Source: the human T2T-CHM13v2.0 reference genome, Homo sapiens
DNA: 64,000 bases
Assembly: GCF_009914755.1 (NCBI RefSeq)
Contig: NC_060940.1
Reading direction: 5' to 3' (one strand)
This document shows positions 23,526-47,983 of the stretch, piece after piece (position 1 is the stretch's first letter; each line of letters opens with the position of its first letter). A program made the position numbers and the translations under genes. The notes beneath the pieces were generated by a model. That model saw only the letters and a list, made by a program, of their open reading frames with translations, was not told where the DNA came from and made no database searches.

Positions 23526-24099
23526 TTGCCTCTCCCCTGTGCTGCCTCTCCTGAGAAAGTGCAGGTCACCTTTGAGACCCCCTGTCACCGGAGACAAGTG
23601 CTCTGCAGGGCGCTGGGCCCCTAAGCCCCACCCCACACCTGTGCACCTACCTCTGCCCCCCTTCCCCAGGCCGAGCCGTCAGGTACCCTGCTTCCTCTCA
23701 GCCCTCTGATTTCCACCTGGCTGTCAAAATCCCAGGCCCCAGGACATCTTCCCGGAGCCCCCAGTTCTCCGAGCATGGCCATGGTGGTGCTGGGTCTGTC
23801 CCCCATTCCGTGGCAGGCACTTGTCTCTTGCCCCCTTCGCTGCCTGTTCCTCTCTGAGCAGGTCAGAAGTGGCTCTGCAAGTTCTGTGTTGTCCTGCTCG
23901 TTCTTCGGTTCCCCAGGCCTAGCCCAGTGCTCAGCATGGAGCAGGTGACGAAGAAACGCTGGTAGCACAGGCAGCTGGTGGTTTAGGAAGCCCTGGTCTC
24001 CACCTGGCTCTGTGGGGACCCTCCTCTCCCAGGCTGTAAAAGGAAGGCTTTAACCTCAAGTCTTTTACCGTCAGAATCTCTCTCACTTTGCTTACGCTG

Positions 24100-24739
<640 letters not shown>

Positions 24740-24784
24740 TGCTTAGAGTGTTTAAACAGCCTTCTTTCCTCCTTCTTTGTTTGT

Positions 24785-25140
24785 TTCTTTAACAGCTTAT
24801 TGAGTATGTTTTAGATATCATAACATTTTTCCATTTCAATTGTACAATTCAGTGATTCTTAGTAACTTTACTGAGTGATGCAACCCTTATCATAATCTAA
24901 TTTCAGAATGTTTCCATCACTCCATCAACGAAACCCCTTTCCCATTTGCAGTCTCTGCCCCTGCCTCCCAAACTGGCCTCTGACAACCACTAATCCAGTT
25001 TCTGACTCTGTGGATTCGCCTGCTCTGGACATTTCGTAAACCTGGAATTGTCCAGTATGTGGCCTTGTAACTAGATTCATTTTTAGTTCATTGCTATTGT
25101 AGCACGTGTCCATCCTTTGTTCCTTTTTAGTGTGGATGTT
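24785..25140 (-). mobile_element. L1MB/L1ME 3' end fragment
   Basis: TTTAACAGCTTATTGAG..TGTACAATTCAGTG..CAGAATGTTTCCATCACTCC..ACCACTAATC..TGCTCTGGACATTTC. Confidence 0.8.
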
Positions 25141-26944
25141 TTTAGTGATTGTCTAGTACTGGGAAAGAGTGCCGGTGCCTTCTGGCCCTCTGCACTCGTC
25201 TCCATCTGCCCTCTTGCAGATGGAGCCTTTGATTGTGGGGTGGACGAGCAGGCAGTAGCCCTACTGGGTGTGCTTATGTGTTACGCCACAGACCTTACTT
25301 GACTGTCACAGTGTTCCCGTACTTTCCTTTCTGTTCCAGGATCCAGTCCAGGGGACCACATTGCATGTGGTCACACCAGCCCAGCACCCCCTGCCTGGGG
25401 ACAGCTCCCGCCTTTCCTTATTTCACACACAGTCTGGTGGTCTCCATGTAACACGGGATCTTCATAGCTCCCAGAAGGAAAGCCATGCAGCGGCAGCGTG
25501 TGTCTGAGGCCCGCCTTGCTCAATAGAGGAAGAACCTGACTTGAGAAAATCCTGCTTTCATTCTTGCAGGGTTTCTGGCCTTATTCCAGAAACTTTCTCC
25601 TGCCTCTAAATATCAGAAATGCATGGCCAGGACCCATAGCACTGTAGGAATAATTTCTAGCCAAGGCTGATGGGGATGGTAAATTAGAAGAAGGAAAGGA
25701 GAGAGAAGGGGATTATTTTTTTCTCTTCATGACTAAGTCCATGTAGGAAAGCATGCGCCTGGCAGACCATCTTCTTCAGTGACATCCTTTTCTCTGCCAG
25801 GTGTGTTTGGAGACATTTTCCTGGCCTTTACATCACAGCCAGGCGTGACTCACAAGCAGATGACTCAGTGGCAAAAGTGACCAATGAGCTAGGGGAAAAT
25901 GAGAATCTGGGAACAGTGGAACAAATGGAAAATGCCAGAGTCAGTGCGTGTGGACGGCTGCTGTGACGCTGACTTCCTTGAGTCAGGGGATATCGGGTGA
26001 ACCTAGGACGCTAGGATACAAAATGGGACCCTGAAAGGAGGGGTGGAAGCCTCATGAGGGAAGAGAACCACATTCTGAGTGAATAGTAAGTATCGAGAAT
26101 GCAATAAAAGAATGAGATGAGACGAACACAGTGTCCATATGTCAGTGTCAAACCTAAGACTGCCTCCCGTAATTTTTTAAAAACTTAATTTGCAGTGGTT
26201 AGAAGGAAATAGAAAACCCGTTAACCAAGTAAAACTAGTCTAATCCGCACTCTATTCAGTGAGAGGCAGATTATGTTGAACTTCATTATGCAGAACAACA
26301 TCACTCCTAGAATCCCAAGGCCCAATTTGGATAATAAAAAACACTTTATGAGTCTGCTCTTGTGGAAGCAAGCGGTATTCTACATAATCAGAAATTTAAT
26401 GGAAGTAGAATTAACAAAGTCATCTATGCTGTGGGAAAGAAGTAGCATCTCTCACGTCCTCTCTCCCTCCTCCAGGGAACCCTCCCAAGTGAGCTGGAGT
26501 GGCCAAGAGCAGAGGGGCCCCGTGAGGCTGCACGTCCTACCTGTGGTCCTGCATCTGTTCTTGCTAGCATGCCAGTCCACTCTCCACACAGTGGCCAGAG
26601 TGCAGCATCTTTCCAAAATCGAATTCAGGTCATGGCATTCCCCAGGTGTAAACCCTCTAGTTGCTCCTGGGATGTATTCCCAAGTCTGTAACTTGGCCTG
26701 CAAGTCCCTGCTTCCATGGGCTGGTCCCTGTAGCCCTCCCACCCTCAGCTCCTTCCACGCCACCTCTGTGCACCCCACTGGGCCACACTATGTCGCCGTA
26801 GATAGAATGGCCCAGGTCCATGCCCTTGAAGAGCATTGACTTTGCCTCTTCCCTGGGCTGGGCCCCACGGCCTCTGGATCATAGTGACCTCCCCGCTTTC
26901 TCCGGCTGAAGGTGCTCCTTGCTGCCAGCCGCCTTCCCTAACCC

Positions 26945-27577
<633 letters not shown>

Positions 27578-27934
27578 TCTGACCTGTTAGTGACGTATTT
27601 TATTCATAGCACAGATGATGGCTATAGTATTTTTGTTTGCTTTTTTTGCTCTCTGACTAGGACATAAGCTCCCTGAGGGCCAAGCTTTTGTCTCTTTCAC
27701 CCGGAGCAATGCCTGGTGCACTGTAGATGCTCAATAATACTTGTTGAGTGATTGAATGGACGGAGGCCAAACACAAACCCTCAATTCTCCTGCTGCTATA
27801 GAGGTCACGGAATAGTCAGTGCCATTGGAAGCCTATTTTAACCAGGCCCATTTAATGTCGCAAGGTTCCTTGTAACCCAAAACACTGTTTTATGTAGGGA
27901 CTTATGTATCATCAAAGGTCTGTATGATTACTCT

Positions 27935-28807
<873 letters not shown>

Positions 28808-28836
28808 TGAAGCTATTGCTTGGAGTTAATATAGAT

Positions 28837-29309
<473 letters not shown>

Positions 29310-31796
29310 TTAAACCCTCCCCAAGCTATCATTGCTTTTCCTAAAAGCACAGACTAAATGGGAGCCGCCTGCAGCCAAAGCGTTTTGAGATGAAAGAAAA
29401 TTGGCTCCACTTGTAAACTACAGATGAGAATTTTGCAGAGAAGCCATCTAGAGAAGCGTGTGCCTTGAGAACTGTGGATCAATACACTTAAAGCAGTCCT
29501 TGGAACCTATTTAGATACGCTTGAAGCAAAACAGCCGCAGAAACCTCTTTCTTTTCGCTCACATGCAAGTAAACATCTGCCAACTCCACCATTTCCAGGC
29601 TCCTCAAAAATGCATTTGCATATTGCAAAGCAGGACTAGAGTGCAGAATGAGATGTATTTTAATTCTTGTTATATATTAAGGTCCCCTAAATAAGAATTC
29701 AGCTCCTGTTTTATTATGGGTAGAAAAGTGGTTGATTATATATGTTTCAGTTTTAGGGTTTTGGGGAATACTTCCAAATAGAAACTGAAGTTGTGCTAGA
29801 CTAGGCAGTATTTTTTTAATCCTTCCCAACTCTCCAACTAGGTCGGAATCAGTCTGAATTAGCCATGTGGGGGATAGCAAACCACCTCACGCCTGTCACT
29901 TCGCGCCAACTGTTTCCTCTGTCCGGAATATCTTCCGTTGTATGACTGACAGGCTCAGGCTTCTACCAGATTTCACCCAAAGAACGCAGCCCTTGAAAAC
30001 CGCCCCAGGCAGAGTGGAGTTCTGCTCCTGGGCTCCTACTGGCATCTGCCTCCTGGAGTCAGAGCGTATGGCACGTGGCTGTCATCTTCTCTGTATGCGT
30101 CTCTCTGGATTGTGCTTGGGAAAGGAAGGGTCATGTCCTATTCATCTTTGTTTCGTAGGATTTATCACAGTTCCAGTGCTTGATAGGGGCTTCAAGATGG
30201 TTGCCAAGTGAATGGCTTGAACTGGACAAAGTAACACCTTTTGTCTCGCTACTCGGGCGCTGCCTCCATCCGTAAGGAAAGGAGAAGTGGCAGAGACAGC
30301 AGCTGTCCTCTTCAGCCTCCGGTGATGAAATTCCCGGACTTGGCACTGAGCAGAGAGGTGACAAGCCACCCGGGGAAGGAGGGACCCTGGGTTCCCCTGT
30401 TTCTCTGTGTTACCCAGCTGGTGACACGGTGGGTGGAAAATGGGGGTTCTGGACCCATCTGAGGAAACCACCGCCTGACTTTGGGGATACAGCTTCACCT
30501 TGTCACTTCACTCTCTGGGCTTCAGTGTCCCGCTCTTGAAACGATTCCCGGGATTCCGAGCGTTTGCCCCTATGCTGCGCACTCCTGTCCCTCCTTGTCT
30601 GTCTGCCAAGCCCCTACCCATTTGCCAGAAGCCTGAAGTCTCATGTAACCCTGACATCCTGGGGTTTTATTTGAGTAACACAAAGTCTAGAATTAATTAG
30701 TGCACAGCTGTTTTGTTCCCACTTGTTTGCAAACATCCTTTATTCTCTTATAATTATTGTAATAACATTCAACTCTTTTCTTTTGGCAGCGAGTAACTTT
30801 TGCGAAAGCCCAGCATTTATGGGTGAAAAGTGCTAAGCCCTCCTTGTTTGTCAGTCTCTACTAAAGTGGGAAATAGAGAAGTTCAAATGCTTTGGATGGG
30901 ATATCAAATTGCTAATCACGTGCGGTCTGTGTGTCTTCCAAATGAGGAGACCTATAGGTTGAGTCTTTTCCCATGGTGTTGGTCGAGGGAGTATTAATCC
31001 ACCCCGGTGTACTGCAGCTATGTAAAGGGTCCTTATTCATCCCCCAGATGAGCAAATAGGGGGCAGGGTCCTTGTCCATACCCGCAATATTGTAAGGCTG
31101 TGGACTCCCCCTCTGCTTGGGTTTATCTAGACACTTCCATCTTTGCTCTGTAGCCTTAGGCAACTGTTTAACCCTTTTAAGCCTTAAAGTTTCTTCCTCC
31201 ATAAAGTGGGGATAATAGTTTTAGCTCATATGTTACTGGAGAATGAAATCAGATAATTAATGCCTAGTATGTAGGGAATATACAATAAAGGTGAGTTGTA
31301 GTTATTATATCATTATCAAAAAGTAGTAAATAATGGTAATGCTGGGCATTGTGGAAAAGAATAGTCCAGACCAGCATGGCTCCCTCTCAGCAGTGCCGTG
31401 CACAGAGGCAGCAGCAGGCAGCAGTCGGCTTGGCCTTTCTGCAGGGCATTTGTGCCAGGCCTCGCCGTGGCACTCAGAGGCAGGCAGGCTTCTGACATTC
31501 CCCGAGAGGGAGGAGCAGAGACTTTTGAAATGTCTGAAATTGCCATCCTTTTATTCAAATATAAGTTTTTAAGGACACAATTTTTAGAAAACTGTGATTG
31601 TATATAACTTCTCTAACGGGTGGAATAAACATCTTTATTTTTAACAACTACGAGCTTTATAAACAAGTAGTAGGAAAGATAATTCTTTACATTTGCTAAT
31701 ATGTCATAACAGGCACAAACCGAAATACAATTTTAGACTAGCAGTGTATAAAAATACTTTTTAAATAGTAATTTTGATAGGTACAGTAGCACTTGA

Positions 31797-34283
<2,487 letters not shown>

Positions 34284-35324
34284 CCAGTGACCTTGTTTTA
34301 AGGACATGACATGGAATTCCTGGAACCGGGATCCGTTTTGAAGAGTCAGTGGTCCTAAGTTGTCATCAGGCAGGGGACCAGGTTCTGCTCTGTGCGTTGG
34401 CCTCTGCTCCAGCCTGTGCAGGCTGTGTGGACGAGTGCCACCTGCATCAGCGGGCACCTCGCAAGGCTTTGTTGAGCTCCAGTGAGTAGCCCACTTCCAT
34501 CTGCCCATCTGGCTTGGACTTTCTGTACTTATCTTAGTCCCATGGCTGTGCTCCTGCAGGGCCAGGCAGATGATGGCAGCCGACAATGTGCATCTCAAAG
34601 GGACGACCACCCGAGGAAGGATCCACAGGAAATGTCGCAGGGGGTGGGTCGTGCCACAGCCCCTGGAAACGAGCCAGGATGTTGCCCTTGATCTTGCCTG
34701 CATTCTGGCTTTGCACATTGAGGGAGCTGCTTCGGCCCTTCCCTTGGTCTCTGGCTGTTTGAGCTTTATATAGAGAGCCGAGTAGGAGTCAACTCTTTGG
34801 GGCTGTCTCTTGTGAAGTCCTTCTTACCACGCGCCGTGCCTTTCTGGGCAGTGCGGCTGCATCTTTCACACATGGCTATTCTCTTAGCAGTTTCTTACCC
34901 TGTACAGTTTAAAAACAAACATCTTACCTAACCTGGAGTGCTTTCTACATGCCCATGACACCTTTCTCCTTACAGAGGATGAAGAACCACGGAAAAACTT
35001 GGGGCTCCGATATTGCGAACTCCCTAAATTCTCCCACCTCCTTTCCCACATAACCTGATGCTCAGCCTACTGCTGACAAGCGTCAGCCCAGCGGAGGCCC
35101 GTCTGCTCTGCCTTCGTCATTTCTAGTCCCCTTCGGTTATGTTTCATGTTCCTCATTCTCACAAGAAAGAATCCCTTCCCTTCTACAGATGGACGGCCCG
35201 TCTGTAGGCTGGTGCCATCCTTCGAGGTCAGCTGGTGATACACACTGAGAGGGAACCTAGGTCCAGAATGTGCTTGTCAGGAAGGGTGTGCAGCCCAGGG
35301 TTCTCTCCGTGTTCACTGCCTCTT

Positions 35325-36655
35325 TCCTTTGTCATCTTCATTCTGCCGTTGAGCCTATCTAGTGGGTTTTTACAATTTCAGTTACTGTATGTTTAGTTCG
35401 AAGTTTTCCATTTGGTTCTCCTTTATACCTTCTGTTTCTTTCCTGAGACTTCTCATCATTCCCTTTATGTTAAGAATACCCCTCCTTACTTCTTGGAGTG
35501 TTTTTTATAATAGCTGCTGTGGAGTCTGTCAGCTAATTCCAATGTCTCTGTTAGCTCAGATAAGCTGTTGATCATCTTTTCCCATGCGAGTTGAGGATAT
35601 TCACCTTCTTTGTATGCTGAGTGGTTCTGGATTGGTCCTGAACATTCTGAATATTACGTTAGGAAGCTGTGGTTCCTGATTCAGTCCTCTGGAGAGTTGT
35701 TGGTAGCTTGGTTGTGGCAGGCACTCCACCAGCTTGGGTTCAGGTTCTCAGTCCCTACCATTCTGCTGTGGGTTTTGGTGCCGTTTTCCAAGCCTTTGTC
35801 CACTCTTCAGATCTGTCCACTATGTAGCACTCCATGGCCTGTGTGGGCCCCGGGCATGCTCCGTCCTAACTTTCAGTGCTCAGGGTCTGTGCTTGAGGGC
35901 TCTGTTTACATATGCCTCGCTCAGGGCTGAGCCCAGGAGCTCGTAACAACTTGATGGGGTTGTTTTCCCGAGAGCTCCTCCCTCTCTGCAATCTCTCGAG
36001 CACTTTCCGGTTTCCTGGGCCTCCTATCTTCACCCCTTCAGCCAGGAGGCAGGGCTTCAGTTATCAGCTCTGCCACGCTTCTCCCGTGACTGAGCTTACT
36101 TTTGTGGCCAAGCAAGAAGAGGACACGGAGAAAAAAAGCCAGCGGGTTTTTCACCCTCTTTGGACCACCGTTCCTCCAGCTGGAAAGGAACGTTCCCTCA
36201 GAGCTTCAGACACCTGCAGGCTGACCCCTCTGCTGGCACTGTCACTGTTGCCACCACTGCCGCTGTGGAATTTCCTGGGGACCAGGGCACCAGAGAGACA
36301 GGGAGAAAGGAAAAAACCCAGGGATCTGGCCCACTGTCTCAGAACCAGGTGACCCCTTTCCTGTTACTAGATGCTTCTCCTGGAGCCCCCGGGCACACTC
36401 TTGCTCGCCTCTGGATATCGAGTTGTATTTAGTCCAGGCTGGGGATACCAGGGTCAGGGACATGGCAAACTCACCGCAACCTTGGTGGCACTTCAAATTG
36501 TGGTCTTCAACCCCCTTCTACCTGCTACTGGTCAATTCTCAGAGGCCTCAGTAGCTCCTTTGTGTGCCTGTCTAGCCTTTTAGCCACATTCAGTGGGCAG
36601 GGAAGGGTGGCGGGGGTGGTGCTTACCCTGTGGAGTAACCATAAGGAAACCAGAA
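35325..36655 (-). mobile_element. Ancient L1M 5'/ORF1-region fragment
   Basis: Antisense L1M-type tract ..ATTTCAGTTACTGTAT..TTCCATTTGGTTCTCCTTTATA..TTTTTATAATAGCTG.. followed by degenerate 5'UTR-like sequence. Confidence 0.55.
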
Positions 36656-37093
36656 CCATAAGGAAATGAGAAGATGTGTTTTAAAGGCCTTAAACAGAAA
36701 CGTCTGGGATTACAAACAGAAATGAGGAAGTCAGGAATAAAGTAAAGGGTGAATGATTAGGTGAGAGTGAGCAGAAGCGCCTGATATGCAGGATCCTGTG
36801 GGCCTCTGGAGCCCATCCCCTAACTCCCTCACCCATCTTTCCATGTGCACCTTGCAGAGGGAGGAGGGAAGCCCTCTGCACCCACCCCGCCTTCCAGGTT
36901 GAGACAAAGGCTTCGACCGTCAGCACGCGAGCCTGTCCTTTCCACGGGGAGTGTCAGAAAGGTATCGATGGAGACATGGAAAGGGGTTTCTAAGAGTCAA
37001 GAGTCTTTAATGCATGATATCAAGTGTCTGTATCCAGGTAGTCACCCATGTGCAGAGCCTCATGCTGCACGATTGGATCTGGGCTTGATAAAG

Positions 37094-37160
37094 AATTTAG
37101 TGTCTCAAAGCAGATCTCTCTCTCTCTCTCTCTTTCTCTCACTCTCACCCTCTCCCCCCT
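37094..37160. repeat. (CT)n polypyrimidine microsatellite
   Basis: TCTCTCTCTCTCTCTCTC... run. Confidence 0.9.
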
Positions 37161-38034
37161 TTTTTCTCAAAAAACAAAGCTTTTATTGCAAGAATGATTC
37201 TGGCTCTGTTAAAAGACTTTCTGAAGCTGGATGTGGTGGCTCACCCCTGTAATCCCAGCACTTTGGGAGGCTGAGGTGGGAGAGTTGCTTGAGCCCTGGA
37301 GTTCAAGGCTGCAGCGAGCCAAGGTTGTGCCACTGCACCTTAGCTTGGGTGACAGAACGAGACTGTGTCTCCAAATTCTACTAATGATGATAATACTACT
37401 AATCAAATATTGTTAAACATGTATCAACCAGATAAGGGAGGATTTCAGAAGACCACAAATGACCTGTAGAAAACAGTAGAACACAATAACAATCTTCCGA
37501 TTTCTCCACATTGAGGGGCAGGTTTTGGGTTGGCCACAGCCCAGAGGGAGGTGGGGAGTGTGGTGGAAATTAAGAAAGCCTCAGCAAAGGTGCAGTGTGT
37601 GTGTGAGAGGGAGAGGGAGGGAAAAGCGGCCTGATTAGGGCAGAAGTTCTTTCTTGAAGACACCAACACCGAGTGCTTCTGTGAGGTTGCTTTGCACGGT
37701 GGCCACGTCCCCTCTGTCTTAGCTCCCTGCCGAACTGCGTGGGCAGCTACAAGCAGCTCCAGATTGCAGAACGCCTTGGGCCCCAGCCAGAGATGGCAGG
37801 TGTCACGGGTAGGCAGGGACAGACACTAGTGGCTCTTGAGCAGAAGGCTCACTGTGGCCCGCCAGGCCATCCCTGGATCCAGGAGGATTTGCCCAGTCTT
37901 TCCTCCCATAGGGGCATGGATGTCCTCAGTGCATAGCTGTTAGCTTTGGCCCTTCATGGGGCCAGCGGGAGCTGAGCACCAGATCCAAAGACGATGGAGG
38001 TTGGTTCCGTTCCACCCTCACCTACCTTGGGTTC

Positions 38035-38449
38035 TGATACGGTTTGGTTCTGCTTCCCCACCCAATCTCCTGTCGATTTGTAATCTCCAGTGTTGGAGGT
38101 GGGAGGTGATTGTATCACGGGGGCGAATTTCTCATGAATGGTTTAGCGCCATCTCCCTTGGCACTGTCCTCGAGACAGTGAGTTCTCATGAGATCTGGTT
38201 GTTTAAAAGCGTGTGGCACCTCCCCTCATTCTCTCTCTTGCTCCAGCTCCTGCCACGTAGGACGTGGCTGCTCCCTCTTAACCTTCTGCTGTGTTCATAA
38301 GTTTCCTGAGGCATCCCCAGAAGTCAAGCAGATGCCAGCATCATGCTTCCTGCCCAGCCTGTAGATCCAATTGAACCTTTGGTTTTATTCTTTATAAATT
38401 ACCCAGTCTCGGGTATTTCTTTATAGCAGTGCAAGAATGGCCTCATTCA
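38035..38449 (+). mobile_element. MSTA/MSTB MaLR solo LTR
   Basis: TGATACGGTTTGG..CCCCACCCAATCTC..CTCATGAATGGTTTAGC..AGTTTCCTGAGGC..TTTATAAATTACCCAGTCTCGGGTATTTCTTTATAGCAGTG. Confidence 0.9.
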
Positions 38450-38949
38450 CATTCATAAGGCCCGAGTCCTGCATCTCTTAGGGAGCCTCTCCCTGTCCAG
38501 TAATTAAGTGTGGCTGTCTCCATGCCAAGGGGTTGGGGCAATATTCATTTATTTTGCCAAATTACTTAAGAGTGGAAGGCCAAGTCGGTCTCTGTCCGAG
38601 TTGAATTCAGCTGTCCCGGAGTCAGCCGCTGTGTCCTTTTGTGAAAGAAGTACAGCCTGTCACCCAGGGAGGGCGCGCCTTATGGCGGGTTCTAACACGC
38701 AGTTGCAATGGAACCAACTCAGTCAATGGTGATCGCTGATGGTAAACAACCCCTCACCCTGCGCTGTCTCGGTGCCTGAAACTCGAGGGCCCAGCCCTCG
38801 ACTCAGGAATTACCTAGGACCAATTAAACAATGACTAAAGGGCAAAGTGTAAATCCAGGTCCTTGTGTGAGGTGACTTGAGTTGGGACTTAGGAGAACTT
38901 CTGAAAAAACAAGAAATTTCAAAGACTCCTACTCTGGAGGAGCTGTTGA

Positions 38950-43844
<4,895 letters not shown>

Positions 43845-45334
43845 CTCTTTTTGTGGTTTTTTTTTGTTTGTTTGATTGCTTAAAAATAGAAAAGGAGTGT
43901 CCACTCTTGTCTCTAGACAGTACCATGATGGGCTGGTTGAAACAGTGGTAAGACACATGTGATTTCAGATATCTTAAAGTGCAAAAGAAAATAAGATGCA
44001 TTTTAGGATAATGAAATACAATATTTCTAAATCCATGAAATTACACATTGTTTAGGCCATGTTCTGCCTCGTCTTCAAAGACAGAAAGTGAAAGTGAAGT
44101 CCCTTGCTAAAACTCAGTGTACTGTTCTACAGGACAGGACAATCTCCCTGATCTCTGAGTCTGTAACAAACACACACAAACAACTGCAGGGCTTAGTCTG
44201 GCACCAGCTCCTGACCTCAGCCCTCACCACTTCCCCTTCTTGGTGCTTGCAGAGTGTCGTGTTGGTAGCCTCTTTCTAGACACCTACTGACATGGATATC
44301 TTACTTAATCTGTTGCACAGAATCCGCCACCTTCTCCTTTTGAAATGAGGTTTCCATTTGCCCTTCTTCTCACCTCTCCCCCAGCCTGTTATCTTGGTTT
44401 TTTCGGAGATGAGAAATCGTGATTCAGAGAGTTCCTCTGTAAAGCCTGTGAGTTGTAATTCATCAGTGTGACAGCCGAGTGCTCGGAGCCAGCCTCCCAA
44501 CAAGCGTGGGCTCTCGGGCCCACTCAAACTCTAAGCTGGTGCTTGGGTGGTGCTGCGGGGCAATCTGTGCTTTTTCTTTCCCTCCCGTGTCTCCCCCAGT
44601 CCCCATCCTGGCCTTGCCAGTGCTGCAGCTCAGCCCTTCTCTGCACTCTAAATGGTTCTGTGCTTTGTTTGTGCCTGTGGTTCAGCCCAGACCCCCCTGG
44701 AAGCCACAGCCAGCAGTTTCTCCTGTCCATGTGAGAAGCACGTGCCAGCAGGCACCTTGAACTCAGGATAGCTGGGGGTTGGTTGCGATGGACGGCACGA
44801 CGGTCTGCAGTGGGGATCCAGGATCCCAGACATGGATCCTAAACTGCCATAGGAGCCATGCCTTCCTAAGCCTCCCACCCTTTGCTCCTTCCCATCAGCG
44901 CGGCGTTAGAAAAGCCCGCCTTTCCGAGGCCCCCTCTCAACACCGCCATGAGAAGTCTTTCAAACGCCCTGGAAGTTAGGTTCAGGAGAAGCCCGTCAGT
45001 AAGTTCCCCATCATACCACACTGCAGCGGTAGCTCTTTCCATTCCACAGAACAGCAGCCAGAGGGAGCCAGGGCAGCTTCACAGCCCACCCCACGGGAAA
45101 TGCCTGACTTTCTCCATGTGGGTCCCTCTCCAGGAAAGCCTCCCTTCCCAGCTCCACTTAAAACCCACCCAGCCTTCCAAGACACAGTTCCCCAAGTGTT
45201 CCCTGAGAATGTCCTTGCCATTGGGTGTGCTCTTGCATTCCTCCGGGCCGCGCTCGCCGAGAGCCCTTTGTTCACTGGTTACGGTGCTGGCCCCCTCTGC
45301 TCAATTGCCCAATTATTTAGATACTTGTCTTCTT

Positions 45335-45626
45335 GTTTTGAGGTGGGGTCTCACTCTGTCACCCAGGTTGGAGTGCAGTGGTGTGATCATAGCTTACTGT
45401 AGCCTTGAACATCTGGGGTCAAGGAATCCTCATGCCTCAGCCTCCCAGACAGCTGGGTACTATAGGTGCATGCCACCATGCTTGGCTAATTATGTTTTAA
45501 ATATTTTGTAGAGACAAGGTCTCTCTTTGTTGCCCACACTGGTCATGAACTCCTGGCTTCAAGCGAGCCTCCTGCCTCAGCCTCCCAAAGGGCTGGAATT
45601 ACAGGCAGGAGCCACTGCACCCAGCC
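45335..45626 (-). mobile_element. AluJ-like with TSD AGATACTTGTCTT
   Basis: Alu consensus and 13-bp flanking direct repeat. Confidence 0.9.
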
Positions 45627-46699
45627 GAGATACTTGTCTTATTTTTCCTACTGGGTGTACAGTGTCTGAAGACTGAGTCTGTCAGTTGTTCTTGTTTGCG
45701 CAGTGCCCTGTACATAGCACCTCCACAGAAAGCATGTTTGTTTGCGAGTCAGCTGAATTGTTGAATGGGTTTTTCTTTGCCTCCTGGGTTATATTGTAAA
45801 CCCCCTGTGGTCAGGAATTGTGGCGTGTACACTTTCATGCAGCCGAGATGAATGGCGTAGAGTCCAGGCTGATGCATTTTATTGATCAAAAGACCAGTAA
45901 ATGATCATATAGTTTTTTCTCCTTTCAGTTACAAAATAAATCAGCAGCAGGGCATTTTACTGACAGTCTTCCTTAAACTGTTTCTCCCCCATCACCAAGT
46001 GTACAGGGCGACGGGAGGAGGTGTGTGGTGTGATTGGGCCCCCAGTGGCTGGACTCTGCAACTGACCTTGCAGACTATGGCAGGTGTGGAGGAAGGAGCA
46101 GTTCAGATGCAGCCCCTTTGGGTGGAGCTCACCTTTGCTGGCACTGTGAGTTTTCAACCAAAACACATTGACAACATCTCTTATGGGCCTGACCCTGTTC
46201 CAGTCCCGGGAATACTGCAGTGAAGAAAACACACACGACTCCTGACTCCCAGGGAACTTGTGTTGGTGGAGTATTGTCCTGGGATCTTCAGTCCTGGGCC
46301 ACGAGGAGGCAGTCAGCCAGAGCTAGCCCGTATGCCAGTGCCTGGTTTAGAGGATCTCCACTGGAGAGGCTGCCTCTGCTTTTTGTTTTTGTTTTTTTTT
46401 TTTTTCTCTCTCTCTCCTTTTACCTTTCCTGTGGTGCTGAGGCTGCCTCTTTCAAGCCAGCACCTGTGAGTAGGTCATTCTGTGTGGGACCTGGTGTGTC
46501 TGCACACGGCTTGGTGTGGGCTGGAGCTGCCCCCACTGCCCTCCTCATTGGTGACCCCAACATTTTTGTCTTTACTGGGCAGTGCTCCCCACAGGAGTAG
46601 CCCCTACATATGGCTAAGATGCTGCTGCTGTCTGTGTCTGAGGGAATAAAGCCAGGCTCTTATGTTCACAGCAGAATGACAATTCTCCCTCCCCGGTGA

Positions 46700-47983
<1,284 letters not shown>

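Noticed and set aside
26273-26839. 188-aa ATG-initiated ORF in intron 1
   Set aside because: Runs into L2-derived sequence, no protein-like composition or recognisable homology.
44882-45511. 209-aa ORF
   Set aside because: Non-ATG start, ends in an Alu, low complexity.
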